DNA of 64,000 nucleotides, taken from Vermamoeba vermiformis. Taxonomy: Eukaryota. Each line of letters begins with the position of its first letter. The first letter of the stretch is position 1. The position numbers and the translations under genes are program-made. Shown in pieces: positions 1 through 12,163 of this stretch. A model generated the notes under the pieces. It was not told where the DNA came from. It ran no database searches and saw only the letters and a program-made list of their open reading frames with translations. The stretch is taken from NCBI GenBank assembly GCA_045837725.1, contig JBEWZL010000309.1:1-64000 (forward strand), written 5' to 3'.

Positions 1-2780
1 GATCATAAATTATCCCTAATGGAAACAAGCTTCAAAAAACGCACCTACCACGACTTGAACATGAGTTTTCCCATAATAACTACTTTAACTAAAAAGATAA
101 AATAGAAAGGAATAAAACACTAAAGCAATGTGAAACATATGCTGATCATAAATTATCCCTAATGGAAACAAGCTTCAAAAAACGCACCTACCACGACTTG
201 AACATGAGTTTTCCCATAATAACTACTTTAACTAAAAAGATAAAATAGAAAGGAATAAAACACTAAAGCAATGTGAAACATATGCTGATCATAAATTATC
301 CCTAATGGAAACAAGCTTCAAAAAACGCACCTACCACGACTTGAACATGAGTTTTCCCATAATAACTACTTTAACTAAAAAGATAAAATAGAAAGGAATA
401 AAACACTAAAGCAATGTGAAACATATGCTGATCATAAATTATCCCTAATGGAAACAAGCTTCAAAAAACGCACCTACCACGACTTGAACATGAGTTTTCC
501 CATAATAACTACTTTAACTAAAAAGATAAAATAGAAAGGAATAAAACACTAAAGCAATGTGAAACATATGCTGATCATAAATTATCCCTAATGGAAACAA
601 GCTTCAAAAAACGCACCTACCACGACTTGAACATGAGTTTTCCCATAATAACTACTTTAACTAAAAAGATAAAATAGAAAGGAATAAAACACTAAAGCAA
701 TGTGAAACATATGCTGATCATAAATTATCCCTAATGGAAACAAGCTTCAAAAAACGCACCTACCACGACTTGAACATGAGTTTTCCCATAATAACTACTT
801 TAACTAAAAAGATAAAATAGAAAGGAATAAAACACTAAAGCAATGTGAAACATATGCTGATCATAAATTATCCCTAATGGAAACAAGCTTCAAAAAACGC
901 ACCTACCACGACTTGAACATGAGTTTTCCCATAATAACTACTTTAACTAAAAAGATAAAATAGAAAGGAATAAAACACTAAAGCAATGTGAAACATATGC
1001 TGATCATAAATTATCCCTAATGGAAACAAGCTTCAAAAAACGCACCTACCACGACTTGAACATGAGTTTTCCCATAATAACTACTTTAACTAAAAAGATA
1101 AAATAGAAAGGAATAAAACACTAAAGCAATGTGAAACATATGCTGATCATAAATTATCCCTAATGGAAACAAGCTTCAAAAAACGCACCTACCACGACTT
1201 GAACATGAGTTTTCCCATAATAACTACTTTAACTAAAAAGATAAAATAGAAAGGAATAAAACACTAAAGCAATGTGAAACATATGCTGATCATAAATTAT
1301 CCCTAATGGAAACAAGCTTCAAAAAACGCACCTACCACGACTTGAACATGAGTTTTCCCATAATAACTACTTTAACTAAAAAGATAAAATAGAAAGGAAT
1401 AAAACACTAAAGCAATGTGAAACATATGCTGATCATAAATTATCCCTAATGGAAACAAGCTTCAAAAAACGCACCTACCACGACTTGAACATGAGTTTTC
1501 CCATAATAACTACTTTAACTAAAAAGATAAAATAGAAAGGAATAAAACACTAAAGCAATGTGAAACATATGCTGATCATAAATTATCCCTAATGGAAACA
1601 AGCTTCAAAAAACGCACCTACCACGACTTGAACATGAGTTTTCCCATAATAACTACTTTAACTAAAAAGATAAAATAGAAAGGAATAAAACACTAAAGCA
1701 ATGTGAAACATATGCTGATCATAAATTATCCCTAATGGAAACAAGCTTCAAAAAACGCACCTACCACGACTTGAACATGAGTTTTCCCATAATAACTACT
1801 TTAACTAAAAAGATAAAATAGAAAGGAATAAAACACTAAAGCAATGTGAAACATATGCTGATCATAAATTATCCCTAATGGAAACAAGCTTCAAAAAACG
1901 CACCTACCACGACTTGAACATGAGTTTTCCCATAATAACTACTTTAACTAAAAAGATAAAATAGAAAGGAATAAAACACTAAAGCAATGTGAAACATATG
2001 CTGATCATAAATTATCCCTAATGGAAACAAGCTTCAAAAAACGCACCTACCACGACTTGAACATGAGTTTTCCCATAATAACTACTTTAACTAAAAAGAT
2101 AAAATAGAAAGGAATAAAACACTAAAGCAATGTGAAACATATGCTGATCATAAATTATCCCTAATGGAAACAAGCTTCAAAAAACGCACCTACCACGACT
2201 TGAACATGAGTTTTCCCATAATAACTACTTTAACTAAAAAGATAAAATAGAAAGGAATAAAACACTAAAGCAATGTGAAACATATGCTGATCATAAATTA
2301 TCCCTAATGGAAACAAGCTTCAAAAAACGCACCTACCACGACTTGAACATGAGTTTTCCCATAATAACTACTTTAACTAAAAAGATAAAATAGAAAGGAA
2401 TAAAACACTAAAGCAATGTGAAACATATGCTGATCATAAATTATCCCTAATGGAAACAAGCTTCAAAAAACGCACCTACCACGACTTGAACATGAGTTTT
2501 CCCATAATAACTACTTTAACTAAAAAGATAAAATAGAAAGGAATAAAACACTAAAGCAATGTGAAACATATGCTGATCATAAATTATCCCTAATGGAAAC
2601 AAGCTTCAAAAAACGCACCTACCACGACTTGAACATGAGTTTTCCCATAATAACTACTTTAACTAAAAAGATAAAATAGAAAGGAATAAAACACTAAAGC
2701 AATGTGAAACATATGCTGATCATAAATTATCCCTAATGGAAACAAGCTTCAAAAAACGCACCTACCACGACTTGAACATG
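1..2780. repeat. Tandem array of a 143-bp unit, 19.4 copies, truncated by the window edge; candidate mitochondrial telomere
   Basis: GATCATAAATTATCCC recurs at 1, 144, ... 1431, ... 2718 (period 143). Copies look identical by eye. Identity ends at 2780. Confidence 0.98.
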
Positions 2781-2829
2781 GAACCTCCACTTTCGAAGAG
2801 TGTTGCTCTACCAATTAAGCTATAGATGC
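2757..2829 (-). tRNA. trnR: tRNA-Arg(UCG)
   Basis: Acceptor GCATCTA/TAGGTGC, loop CT-TCG-AA, T-arm CCATG-TTCAAGT-CGTGG. The 3' 24 nt lie inside the last repeat unit. Confidence 0.9.
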
Positions 2830-2830
2830 A

Positions 2831-2918
2831 AGGGCAGAACGGGATTTGAACCCGTGTCAGGTTTTTGGCCTGAACTAATTTTCAAGAATAGCGCTTTAAA
2901 CCACTCAGCCATCTGCCC
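2831..2918 (-). tRNA. trnS: tRNA-Ser(UGA)
   Basis: Acceptor GGGCAGA/TCTGCCC, loop CT-TGA-AA, long variable arm. Confidence 0.92.
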
Positions 2919-2933
2919 TATCTATATATCTAT

Positions 2934-3016
2934 TGAGGAGGGCGGGATTCGAACCCGCGAAAACCGGAGTTAGTAGATTTACAGTCTACCGCCTTTGACC
3001 ACTCGGCCACCCCCTC
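2934..3016 (-). tRNA. trnY: tRNA-Tyr(GUA)
   Basis: GTAGA-CTGTAAA-TCTAC anticodon arm, long variable arm. Confidence 0.95.
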
Positions 3017-3026
3017 TTAATCATGA

Positions 3027-3107
3027 TGTGGGTAGTGGGAGTTGAACCCACAAGCTTTAGGCGCTACTTTCTAAAAATAGTGTGTTTACCAGTTTCACCA
3101 TACCCAC
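3027..3107 (-). tRNA. trnL: tRNA-Leu(UAG)
   Basis: Acceptor GTGGGTA/TACCCAC, loop TT-TAG-AA, variable arm. Confidence 0.92.
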
Positions 3108-3108
3108 A

Positions 3109-3182
3109 TAAGCCCGGAAGGATTTGAACCTTCATCGCAACCGTTATGAGCGGCGAATTTTAACCATTTAAACTACGGGCTC
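3109..3182 (-). tRNA. trnI: tRNA(CAU), probably the lysidine-type tRNA-Ile; copy 1
   Basis: CCG-CTCATAA-CGG anticodon arm resembles mitochondrial trnI(CAU). Two other CAU tRNAs cover the Met roles. Confidence 0.8.
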
Positions 3183-3272
3183 TTATAAACTAAACTTTAA
3201 TACATCTTTGTCTTTATTTGTTAAATTATAAATTTTATATCGTTTATCTTAACTCCTCCGAATACGCATAAA

Positions 3273-3569
3273 TTAGCTTTTAAGCAAGTTTATAAAATCA
3301 ACCGAAATCGTACCGAATAAACGATAATAAACAACTAAAATAGCAAGACCAATGGAAGACTCCGCAGCAGCAACCATTAATACAAACAAAGAAAATACTT
3401 GACCAACTATATCATCCAAATAAACCGAAAAAACAACGAAATTTAGATTTACTGAAAGTAAAATTAACTCTATTGAAATTAAGATTAAAATTAAATGTCT
3501 ACGGGTAAGAAAAACACCAAAGACACCCAAGATTAAAAGCACAGCCGATAATAACAAGTAACCTAACAT
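3273..3569 (-). CDS. nad4L: NADH dehydrogenase subunit 4L (98 aa)
   Basis: [22 protein letters not shown] and [14 protein letters not shown] motifs; ATG at 3569. Confidence 0.96.
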   Translation of the reverse strand: MLGYLLLSAVLLILGVFGVFLTRRHLILILISIELILLSVNLNFVVFSVYLDDIVGQVFSLFVLMVAAAESSIGLAILVVYYRLFGTISVDFINLLKS

Positions 3570-3570
3570 A

Positions 3571-3984
3571 TTAAGAATACCACATATACTTAGGATCATA
3601 ATATTTCCTATAAACCATAAATCATCTTTCAGTAACTTCATTTTGAATAAATTTTTGAAGTTCTTTTCTAGAATCATCTCTTCTTATCGTATTTTCAATC
3701 TGCTCTACCGCTTCCTCAATAGCATCGGGCTCATAAAACCAAGCCTCATACAAAGCAGAGTACTCAATAAGATCACCATACTCAGAAAAAAAAGTTTCAC
3801 GACTAAAGGACTCGTCAAAAGCAAAATTTTCGCTAATTAACTCTGCCAGAGACGATAAAGGTCTACCCCCCAAAAACCTATAAACATAATTTTTTTTTGC
3901 ATGAAAATAGTAAAACATAAATGAAAAGCAAACCAAAAAACACAACTCTGAGGAAGCACAATCACTAAACCCCAAGTAAAACAT
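3571..3984 (-). CDS. Unassigned ORF (137 aa), hydrophobic N-terminus and acidic middle
   Basis: Open through the TGA at 3622 to TAA at 3571. Sits exactly 1 nt from nad1 and 1 nt from nad4L. Confidence 0.75.
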
Positions 3985-3985
3985 A

Positions 3986-4978
3986 CTAAAAATCAAAAGG
4001 TGGAAAACCATCTAGAAAATATAAAATACTAGCAGTGAAAAAAAATCAGCCGAGTGACAATGGTAAAATAACTTTCCAACCAAACGACATAAGCTGATCA
4101 TAACGTAAACGCGGAACGCTAGCTCGAACCCATACAAATAAAAACATTATAAAAAAAATTTTTAAAGAAAAAAAAAAAGCAGACTGCTCCACAGAAAGTC
4201 ATTCAAATGGGGTATACCAACCACCTAGAAACATTATAACAGAAAGAATGCTCATAAGTATCATATTAGCGTACTCAGCAATAAAAAAAAGTACAAAAAG
4301 AATACCGGAATACTCAACATAGTAACCTGCAACCAGTTCACCCTCTGCTTCGACTAAATCAAAAGGAGCTCTATTAGTCTCCGCTAAAACTGAAATAAAA
4401 AATAAAATAAAAGAAGGAAATAAAGGAATAATATATCAACACTCTTCTTGTGCATACACGATTGTTGATAAATTTAATGAACCTGCGCACATAACTACTG
4501 TCATAATGATTATACCTATAGAAACTTCATAAGATATCATCTGAGCAGCAGAACGAAGAGCGCCTAAAAAAGCATATCGGGAATTACTCGCTCAACCGGC
4601 AATAATGACAGAATAAACATTCAAAGATGAAATAGCTAAAAGATACATAACACCAACATTTATATCAGCCAATACTTTTACTTTATCAATTGGAATAACA
4701 ACATAACTTGCTAGTGATAAAACTAAGGCAAGAATAGGGGCTATTATAAAAAGATTATAATTAGACGTTTTAGGTATTACAGGCTCCTTTACAATAAGTT
4801 TTAACGCATCAGCAAAAGGTTGTAAAAATCCAAAAAAACCAACAACATTGGGTCCTTTACGTCGCTGCATAGAAGCCATAGCTTTTCTTTCTAAAAGCGT
4901 AAAAAACGCGACGGAAAGCAATACAGGAACTATTAATCCAAGAGACTGGAGAAGGAATTCTGTTAATTCTAATAACAT
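3986..4978 (-). CDS. nad1: NADH dehydrogenase subunit 1 (330 aa)
   Basis: [20 protein letters not shown] and [15 protein letters not shown]; continuous when TGA is read as Trp. Confidence 0.97.
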
Positions 4979-4979
4979 A

Positions 4980-6998
4980 TTATTTATACGAAACATTATT
5001 AATATTAATTATAGAAGCACATTTAGACATAATTTTTGAATTATAGGAAAGTAAGTCATTTCAATAATAATTTAATACCCTAATCGAAAACAAAGAATTT
5101 TTCAAGAAACCCCCAATAGTAACGTTAGGGCCAAAATAATTAGTATTCTCAACCCAAAAAGGAAAAAAATTTGGGAGTTTTATACTATAATTATAAAATA
5201 TACTTGTAATGTAATCAGGCTTAATAGAGTTTAAATTCAATAGAGAATTAAACTCTATTAAGGCCATAAATATCTCCCAATCTTTTCTAACTAATTTATC
5301 ATGAGATACCGCAGCATGTGATTTCTGTGTTAAACCCTCTAAATTTAAAAAATGAGAAGATTTCTCACTAAACACAGGCACCGGCATTATAATAAGCGAA
5401 TCAACAGTTACATTGTTGCCATGGTGGCCTTGATATATTAAAGGTGAATACTCCAAACTAGTATCAAGCCCAATGGAATAAAAACAATTTGCCTCATAGC
5501 CGTGTTTTACAAAAAACTGATTTTTTAACCCCAAATGAGAAAGCATAAGGTCTGATAACGAATTATCGATTTTTATAAAAGCAGGACTAAAGAACAACTT
5601 AAAAAATTTGCTAAAAAGATAAAAATAATCTTGTTTATAAAATACTACAAAACGATTTTTTAATTTCATTAAAGTTTTACTTAGGTAACTTTTCCCTATT
5701 AAAACTCTATTCAACGAATTAACATTATTAGAAACAAGCATAACAGGGTAAGTAAAATAATTAGTACCCACACCTGCACAAAAAAACTTAAAAGATGACA
5801 TATAATAGTTATTACTCTTTCTAACACGAGTATTTAAAAGAGGGATCTCATTTCTTAAATAAATATTAACGGACAAAAAAGAGGAATAAGCTTCAACATC
5901 CTTAACACGTATCGAAGAAAAATAAGATGAAGAATAATCATGATTATAAGCACGACAGTTTAAAATACCTAACAAAGAAAAATTATGTTTAAAAGAACAA
6001 ATAGTTTCCAAATCTAAATGAGGGCCAAATGTAAAGTTAATTCTATAAGTATTTAAAAAATGCAAGCAAACCAACAAAATTTGTTTTCAAGAAACAGAGA
6101 TTCACAATTTCACGTTATGGTACCCCGTTAATAAAGAAGCGAAACTGGATAAGTTTAATAAAGGGGTAGATATCCTTTGTAAGTCGAAACTATCATATAT
6201 ATAACGTGTTTTATTAGATAGCCAATCCTCATTTAGTTGTTCGTTAATTCGAGGTAAAATACGTTTAACCTTATTACCATAAACACTTAAACGGATATTA
6301 CTACAAAGAGTATCAAAAACGTCAACCGACTCAATACTATTTAGTTCCCAGGGTCGACTAGTAAAAGAATAAGGTTTAGATGTTAAAGCACCAACAGGAC
6401 AAAGGTCGATTATATTAGAAGAAAGCTCATCCATCAAAGCCCGAGTAATATACGTTCCAACCTCCATTCTAGTACCTCTACCAGTAGTACCCATATCTGG
6501 ATAGCCCGACACTTCTGAGATAAACCGTATGCATCTAGTGCAATGAATACACCTAGTCATGACAGTTTTTATTAGAGGCCCACAATATTTGTCCTCAACA
6601 GCACGTTTTTCTATCTCATAAAACCGACCACGATCAGAACCGAACGCTACAGTTATATCCTGCAAGTCACATTCACCACCCTGATCACAAATTGGGCAAT
6701 CAAGAGGGTGATTGGCAAGCAAGAATTCCAAAACACTTTCCCTTGCTTTTTTAACCCTTAAATTATTGGTATAAATTTTTAAACCTTCTGATACAGGAAC
6801 AGCGCACGAGGCAACAAGTTTTTTACTATTACTTACTTCAACCAAACACATCCTACAATTACCTGCTATAGAAAGCTTTTCATGATAACAAAATCTCGGA
6901 ACTTCAACCCCCGCCGCACTACATGCCTGCAAAACAGTAAAAGTTTTGGGAACTGAAGTATAAATATCATCAACTCAAAAATTAATAAAGGAAGACAT
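4980..6998 (-). CDS. nad11: NADH dehydrogenase subunit 11 (672 aa), unsplit, with divergent C-terminal half
   Basis: Fe-S motifs [40 protein letters not shown] and CPVGAL; one frame joined across TGA codons. Confidence 0.95.
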
Positions 6999-6999
6999 A

Positions 7000-7308
7000 C
7001 TAAAAAACTAGACTTTCACGATTAAGTTTATTACGTAGATAAAACAGCTTCGACGCACGGTAAGCAAACCGTTTTCTTTGATAGTCATACAAATTAAAGC
7101 TCAAAATAATATTTAAATGAAGAAAAAAACAAAATTCCATACCATTTTTGTGTAAATAATTCCTCACAGTCAAACCCGAATTGCGATTAACCAAAGAACG
7201 GCCTCTTACGGAAATACACAAACCTTTAAAATATTTAGCGAAACCGTTTATAAAAATTTTTACATCTAAAACATCACCTGGAAGGGTTTTAGGAAAATCT
7301 AAAAGCAT
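7000..7308 (-). CDS. rpl19: Ribosomal protein L19
   Basis: PGDVLDV, FKGLCIS, TVRN and RASKLFYLR match the L19 pattern. Confidence 0.85.
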   Translation of the reverse strand: MLLDFPKTLPGDVLDVKIFINGFAKYFKGLCISVRGRSLVNRNSGLTVRNYLHKNGMEFCFFLHLNIILSFNLYDYQRKRFAYRASKLFYLRNKLNRESLVF

Positions 7309-7309
7309 A

Positions 7310-7564
7310 TTAATTAAATTTTAATAAATTCAGTAATAATTTTGATAAACGGCCCCGAACTTTAGCACCGTGAGATAGTCAAAAACCTAGATCTTTTAGA
7401 TTAATAAAAAAAAATCTGCTACTATAAAGAGGCAAATATAACCCAATTTTTGAGTAAAATTTTGTATGCTGTTTTTTGTTACCTTTAGTCACAACTACAT
7501 TATAAAGAGGGGCCTTGTATCTCCCTACTCGCTCAAATCGAATAATGATTTTACTAGAAGGCAT
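7310..7564 (-). CDS. rps16: Ribosomal protein S16 (84 aa)
   Basis: IIRFERVGRYKAPLYNVVV, KIGLYLP and FWLSHGA (W=TGA). Confidence 0.88.
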
Positions 7565-7565
7565 A

Positions 7566-9050
7566 TTAAAAATACCAAGAAAATATCAAATTTATCAGTC
7601 AAACGGACACAGCATTCTGAAACACCATTATAAATATATTTAAAATTAAAATAGAAATAATAATATTTGATTGAACTAAGTTTATAGGCAAATAATACGT
7701 CTTAACTTCGTAATCCTTAAAAAATACAATTTTTATAATTCACAAATAATAAACAGCACTAACAACACTAGTAACAATGACTATAATTGAAGCTAAATAA
7801 CTTCCAACTTTTATAAGAGACAAAAATACAAATAATTTACTAAAAAAACCAGCTAACGGAGGTATTCCAGCTAAAGAGAACATAAAAATAGAAAAAGAAA
7901 TAGCAATAACTGGGTTATTTCTAAATAAGCTTGAAAAATCTGATAAACTTTTAATTTTTAAATAATTAGTATATTTACGAACAGATAAAAGAATAATAAA
8001 AATAGCGAGCCCTGTAAATGAATAAACTAAAAGATAGTAGTAAGCAGCAAAAAAACCTTCAATACTGTTAGATGAAATAGCCAGCATTACGTACCCCATA
8101 TGAGCTATACCACTGTAGGCTAAAAGTCGCTTTATCTTATCTTGATAAAGTGCAGCAATACTAGCAAAAACAACTGAAAGCAAACCTAAAATTAAAAAAA
8201 TACGAAATCAATAGAAAGAAAAAGAAAAAAAAACATACATGTATATTTTTATAAAAGCAACAGCTATAACAAATTTTGAAACCGCCGCTAATATGGTCGT
8301 TACTATAGTCGGAGAACCCTCATAAACATCGGGAACTCACATATGAAATGGGAACACACCTAGTTTAAACAAAAAGCCAACAGAAAAAAAAATAAAACCC
8401 ACCAAAAAACCCACATTAGAAGATAAAACTTCAGAGTATAGATAAAATAAGGAATAAATATCATCAAAATTAGTACTACCACTAAAACCGTACATAAGAG
8501 ACACACCAAATAATAAAATACCCGAAGAAAAAGCACCTAAAACAAAATATTTTAAACCCGCCTCAGACGAAAAAGCATCTCTCTTATACGCGCAAAGGAC
8601 ATATAATACAAAACTTTGCAATTCTACACCCAAGTAAAGAGAAAAAAAATCATTAGATAAGAATAACAAATAAACACCAATAAAATAAAAATATGCCAAA
8701 ATGGCGAACTCAAAAGTAAAAACTTCCTCATATTTAAAATAAGTATAAGAACTTATAAAAACCATAATTAATAAAAGAGATACAACTATCAAAGAAACAT
8801 TAGAAATTAGATCTCAAGAAAAGTAAAAATTAAAAGATTTTCAATCTAAAGAAATTTGATTCAATAAAAGAAACACAAACAAGGATATACAAAACGCAAC
8901 TTTTAAAGTAATGTCTTCAACAAGAAATTGAGAAAATAAGCTTTTAGAAACAAAAACAGAATAAAGAACAATTATCAAAAGAGTAAAAATTAAAAATAAA
9001 CCCGGAGATAATAAAATCAAATCAGAAGAAAATAAATTACCGTAAAACAT
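7566..9050 (-). CDS. nad2: NADH dehydrogenase subunit 2 (494 aa)
   Basis: SEAGLKYFVLGA, FKLGVFPFHMW, KRLLAYSGIAH and SLAGIPPLAGF. Confidence 0.95.
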
Positions 9051-9057
9051 AATAAAT

Positions 9058-10512
9058 TTAAAATAAAATATGCTCATAAAACATGTACGCATAAGGAGAC
9101 ATTATGTCTAAGAATAGAGATGGATAAAAACCAGTAAAAATAACGAAAAAGAAAAGAATAAACATTATAGTAAATTCACGAAAAGTTACATCAGAATAAA
9201 ACTTTATAAACAAAGATTTCAAAGAACCGGTTAACAATCTATTATATAATCATAAAGAATAACCGGCACTAAAAACCATTCCTAAAGAACCTATTAAAAC
9301 CGCAACAGAATTAAAAGAAAACAAACCTAACATTATTAAAAACTCACCTATAAAACTACTTGTACCTGGTAATGCCATATTAGCCAATGAAAAAGAAAGA
9401 AAGAAAAAAGAATATATTGGCATTAAAGTAACTAAACCACCATAATAAGGTAAAAGACGAGTTTTATATCTTTCATATATAAAACCAACTAAAAAAAAGA
9501 GACCACCAGAAACTAAACCATGACTCAACATTAAAAAGATGCTACCCGAAATAGCTTGAATATTAAAACCAAATAACCCTAAAACAACAAAACTCATATG
9601 GGCAACAGAAGAATAAGCAACAATTTTTTTCAAATCAACCTGAACTAAAGTAGCGAGAGAAGCATAACAAACCCCTAATAATGAAAATACAAAAACAAGT
9701 GGAGCAAAATACATAGAAGCAACTGGGAAAAGTGGAATTAAAAACCTTAAAACGCCATAAGTCCCCAATTTTAAAAGAACCCCCGCCAAAAGAACAGAAC
9801 CGGCAGTTGGAGCCTCAACATGAGCCTCAGGAAGCCATATATGCACGGGAAACATTGGAACTTTTATAGCAAAACCAAAAAAAAATAACACCCATAAGAT
9901 AAACTGACGATTTAAACTAAAGCTAACGTAACTCAAAGTATAAAAATCGGTAAAACCTACATGCAAATAAACAAAAATGATAGCGATAAGCATAAAAACA
10001 GAACCAAATAAAGTATATAAAAAAAATTGATAAGCAGCCCACACTTTACGTTCTCGCGAACCTCAAATACCAATCATTAAAAATAAAGGCATTAAAATTG
10101 CTTCAAAAAATATATAGAATAAAATCAAATCCCCAACACAAAAAACATTTAATAAAAAGAATTGAACAAAAATAAGACATATAAGAAACTCCCTTAGTTT
10201 ATAAGCAGAAGATCAATTTAAGAGAGTACACAAAAAAATTAATAAGTTTGTTAAAAAAACAAAAAGCATGGAAAGGCCATCCAAGGACAATGAATAATCA
10301 ACGTTAAAAAAGGTCGAATGAAAAAAATCCAATTTAAATTGAGAATCAAAACTTGAGTAATTAAAAAGAATTATTAACAATATAGTAAGAAAAAAAGAAA
10401 ATAAAGTTAAGAACAATGTAATCAAACGATTATAAAAATTAAAAAAAAACAGATAAAAAATATTCAATAAGGGAATAAAAAATAAAATTTTAAAAAAAAG
10501 CTGGAACAGCAT
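9058..10512 (-). CDS. nad4: NADH dehydrogenase subunit 4 (484 aa)
   Basis: KVPMFPVHIWLPEAHVEAPTAGS and DLKKIVAYSSVAHM. Confidence 0.96.
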
Positions 10513-10533
10513 ATCAAATAAAAAAAACGTAAT

Positions 10534-12006
10534 TTAGTTAGCTAACTCAAATTCGACGCCCGCTTCTGAAAAACGACTAGATAATCAATTTGAGTAATTT
10601 CAAAGAGAGACAGCTTCAATAACAATAGGCATAAATGCATGATTAACACCACACAACTCACTACACTGACCATAATAAACCCCAGGTCGTTTAATAAAAA
10701 GAGTTAACTGATTCAACCTACCAGGTACAGCATCAGCTTTAACATTCATCGAAGGAACAGCTCAAGAATGAAGAACATCACCCGCTGTTATCAATACCCT
10801 AATATGAGTATTAATAGGAAGCACTACCCTATTATCTACTTCAAGTAATCTAAACTGCCCTAACTCCAAATCATTTTCTGTAATCATGTAACTATCAAAA
10901 TTTATCGAGTTTTCTTCAGTATAGTCAGAGTATTCGTACGATCAATACCATTGATGTCCAATTGCTTTTAAAGTGATTGACGGATTAATGACTTCATCTA
11001 AAGAATAAAGCAATATAAATGAGGGAACAGCAATAAAAATTAATATAATTGTAGGAATAATGGTTCATATAATCTCTAACTTAGTGTTGTGAACAGTATA
11101 AGATTGAGCATTTATAAAAGAATAAAGCGAACGAGGGGTTGCAACATCAACTGGAGAAAGTCTATTAAAAGAACTTACATATAATGAATTGCTGAAATTA
11201 AATTTATTCTTTAAAAAAGAGCTAAAAAATACTGAAAAATGAGAACTTAGCTCTACAATTTGAGGTATTTTATTATAAGAATAAAGATTTTCTAGAGAAT
11301 TTAAATCTAAGCTATTTACAATGGACCGAGAAGATAATTTGTATGCACTTTCTTTTGATAAATTATAGAAATGAGTGAATAAGAATTCCCTATTTTTATA
11401 AAAATTTTTATAATCTAAGTCGTTGAAAATTGAAATTATAGACAAATAAGAGATAATGTTAGATAAATACATTAAATAAGAAGATGAATTACGAGTTTTA
11501 TAAAAGAACCCATTAGAAACAATACTATTAGGGAACAAATTTTTGTATCCTAAGTTACTATAATCACCAAAGAGTTTAGCTACAAAAGACTCAAGTTTAG
11601 AAAACACTGACAAAAAATTTAAAGACAAAGATTTAACAAACATTATTAACCTTAATAAATAAGTAAGATAAGAGGAACCTTTCGTAGCGATAATGTAAAC
11701 TAGATCAGTTAAAGTATTTATTATCCACGAGTAAAATCTAGAATAATACGAAGAATAAAGAAACTTATTAAAAGCTGGAAAAAAAATGGTATTCAAAAGC
11801 GCGGCTTTTAAAAACCCCACGCTACTAAAAATATTAACATAAAAGTAAGACTCCCTAACACGAGTTATATTTATAGCATTAATAAGTATAAATATAACAA
11901 CACTAACAATTACAACTAAATAAAACATAATTTCATGATGTAACTCAACTAAAGCTTCAGCGAAGGGGGTAGCCGAGTCTTTAAAGGTAATAGAATTAAA
12001 AAACAT
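10534..12006 (-). CDS. cox2: Cytochrome c oxidase subunit 2 (490 aa) with a ~250-aa in-frame insertion
   Basis: N-terminal FKDSATP...LHHEIMF; C-terminal [22 protein letters not shown] and [13 protein letters not shown]. Confidence 0.95.
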
Positions 12007-12053
12007 AAAAAGAAAGAAGAAAAATTTCTATAAACGTTAGCTCCAATTTCACA

Positions 12054-12127
12054 TAAGCCCGGAAGGATTTGAACCTTCATCGCAACCGTTATGAGCGGCG
12101 AATTTTAACCATTTAAACTACGGGCTC
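12054..12127 (-). tRNA. trnI: tRNA(CAU), probably Ile; identical copy 2
   Basis: Identical to 3109-3182. Confidence 0.8.
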
Positions 12128-12163
12128 TTATAAATTTTTAATGTTTTAACTAGTTAAAAAAAA

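Noticed and set aside
1-2780. CRISPR array or coding repeat
   Set aside because: The units are identical with no variable spacers, there are no cas genes, and the 143-bp unit gives only very short frames.
11065-11110. Intein in Cox2, suggested by His-Asn-Thr at the end of the insertion
   Set aside because: HNT is part of the native Cox2 motif before LEIIW. I see no intein N-terminal block or endonuclease motif.
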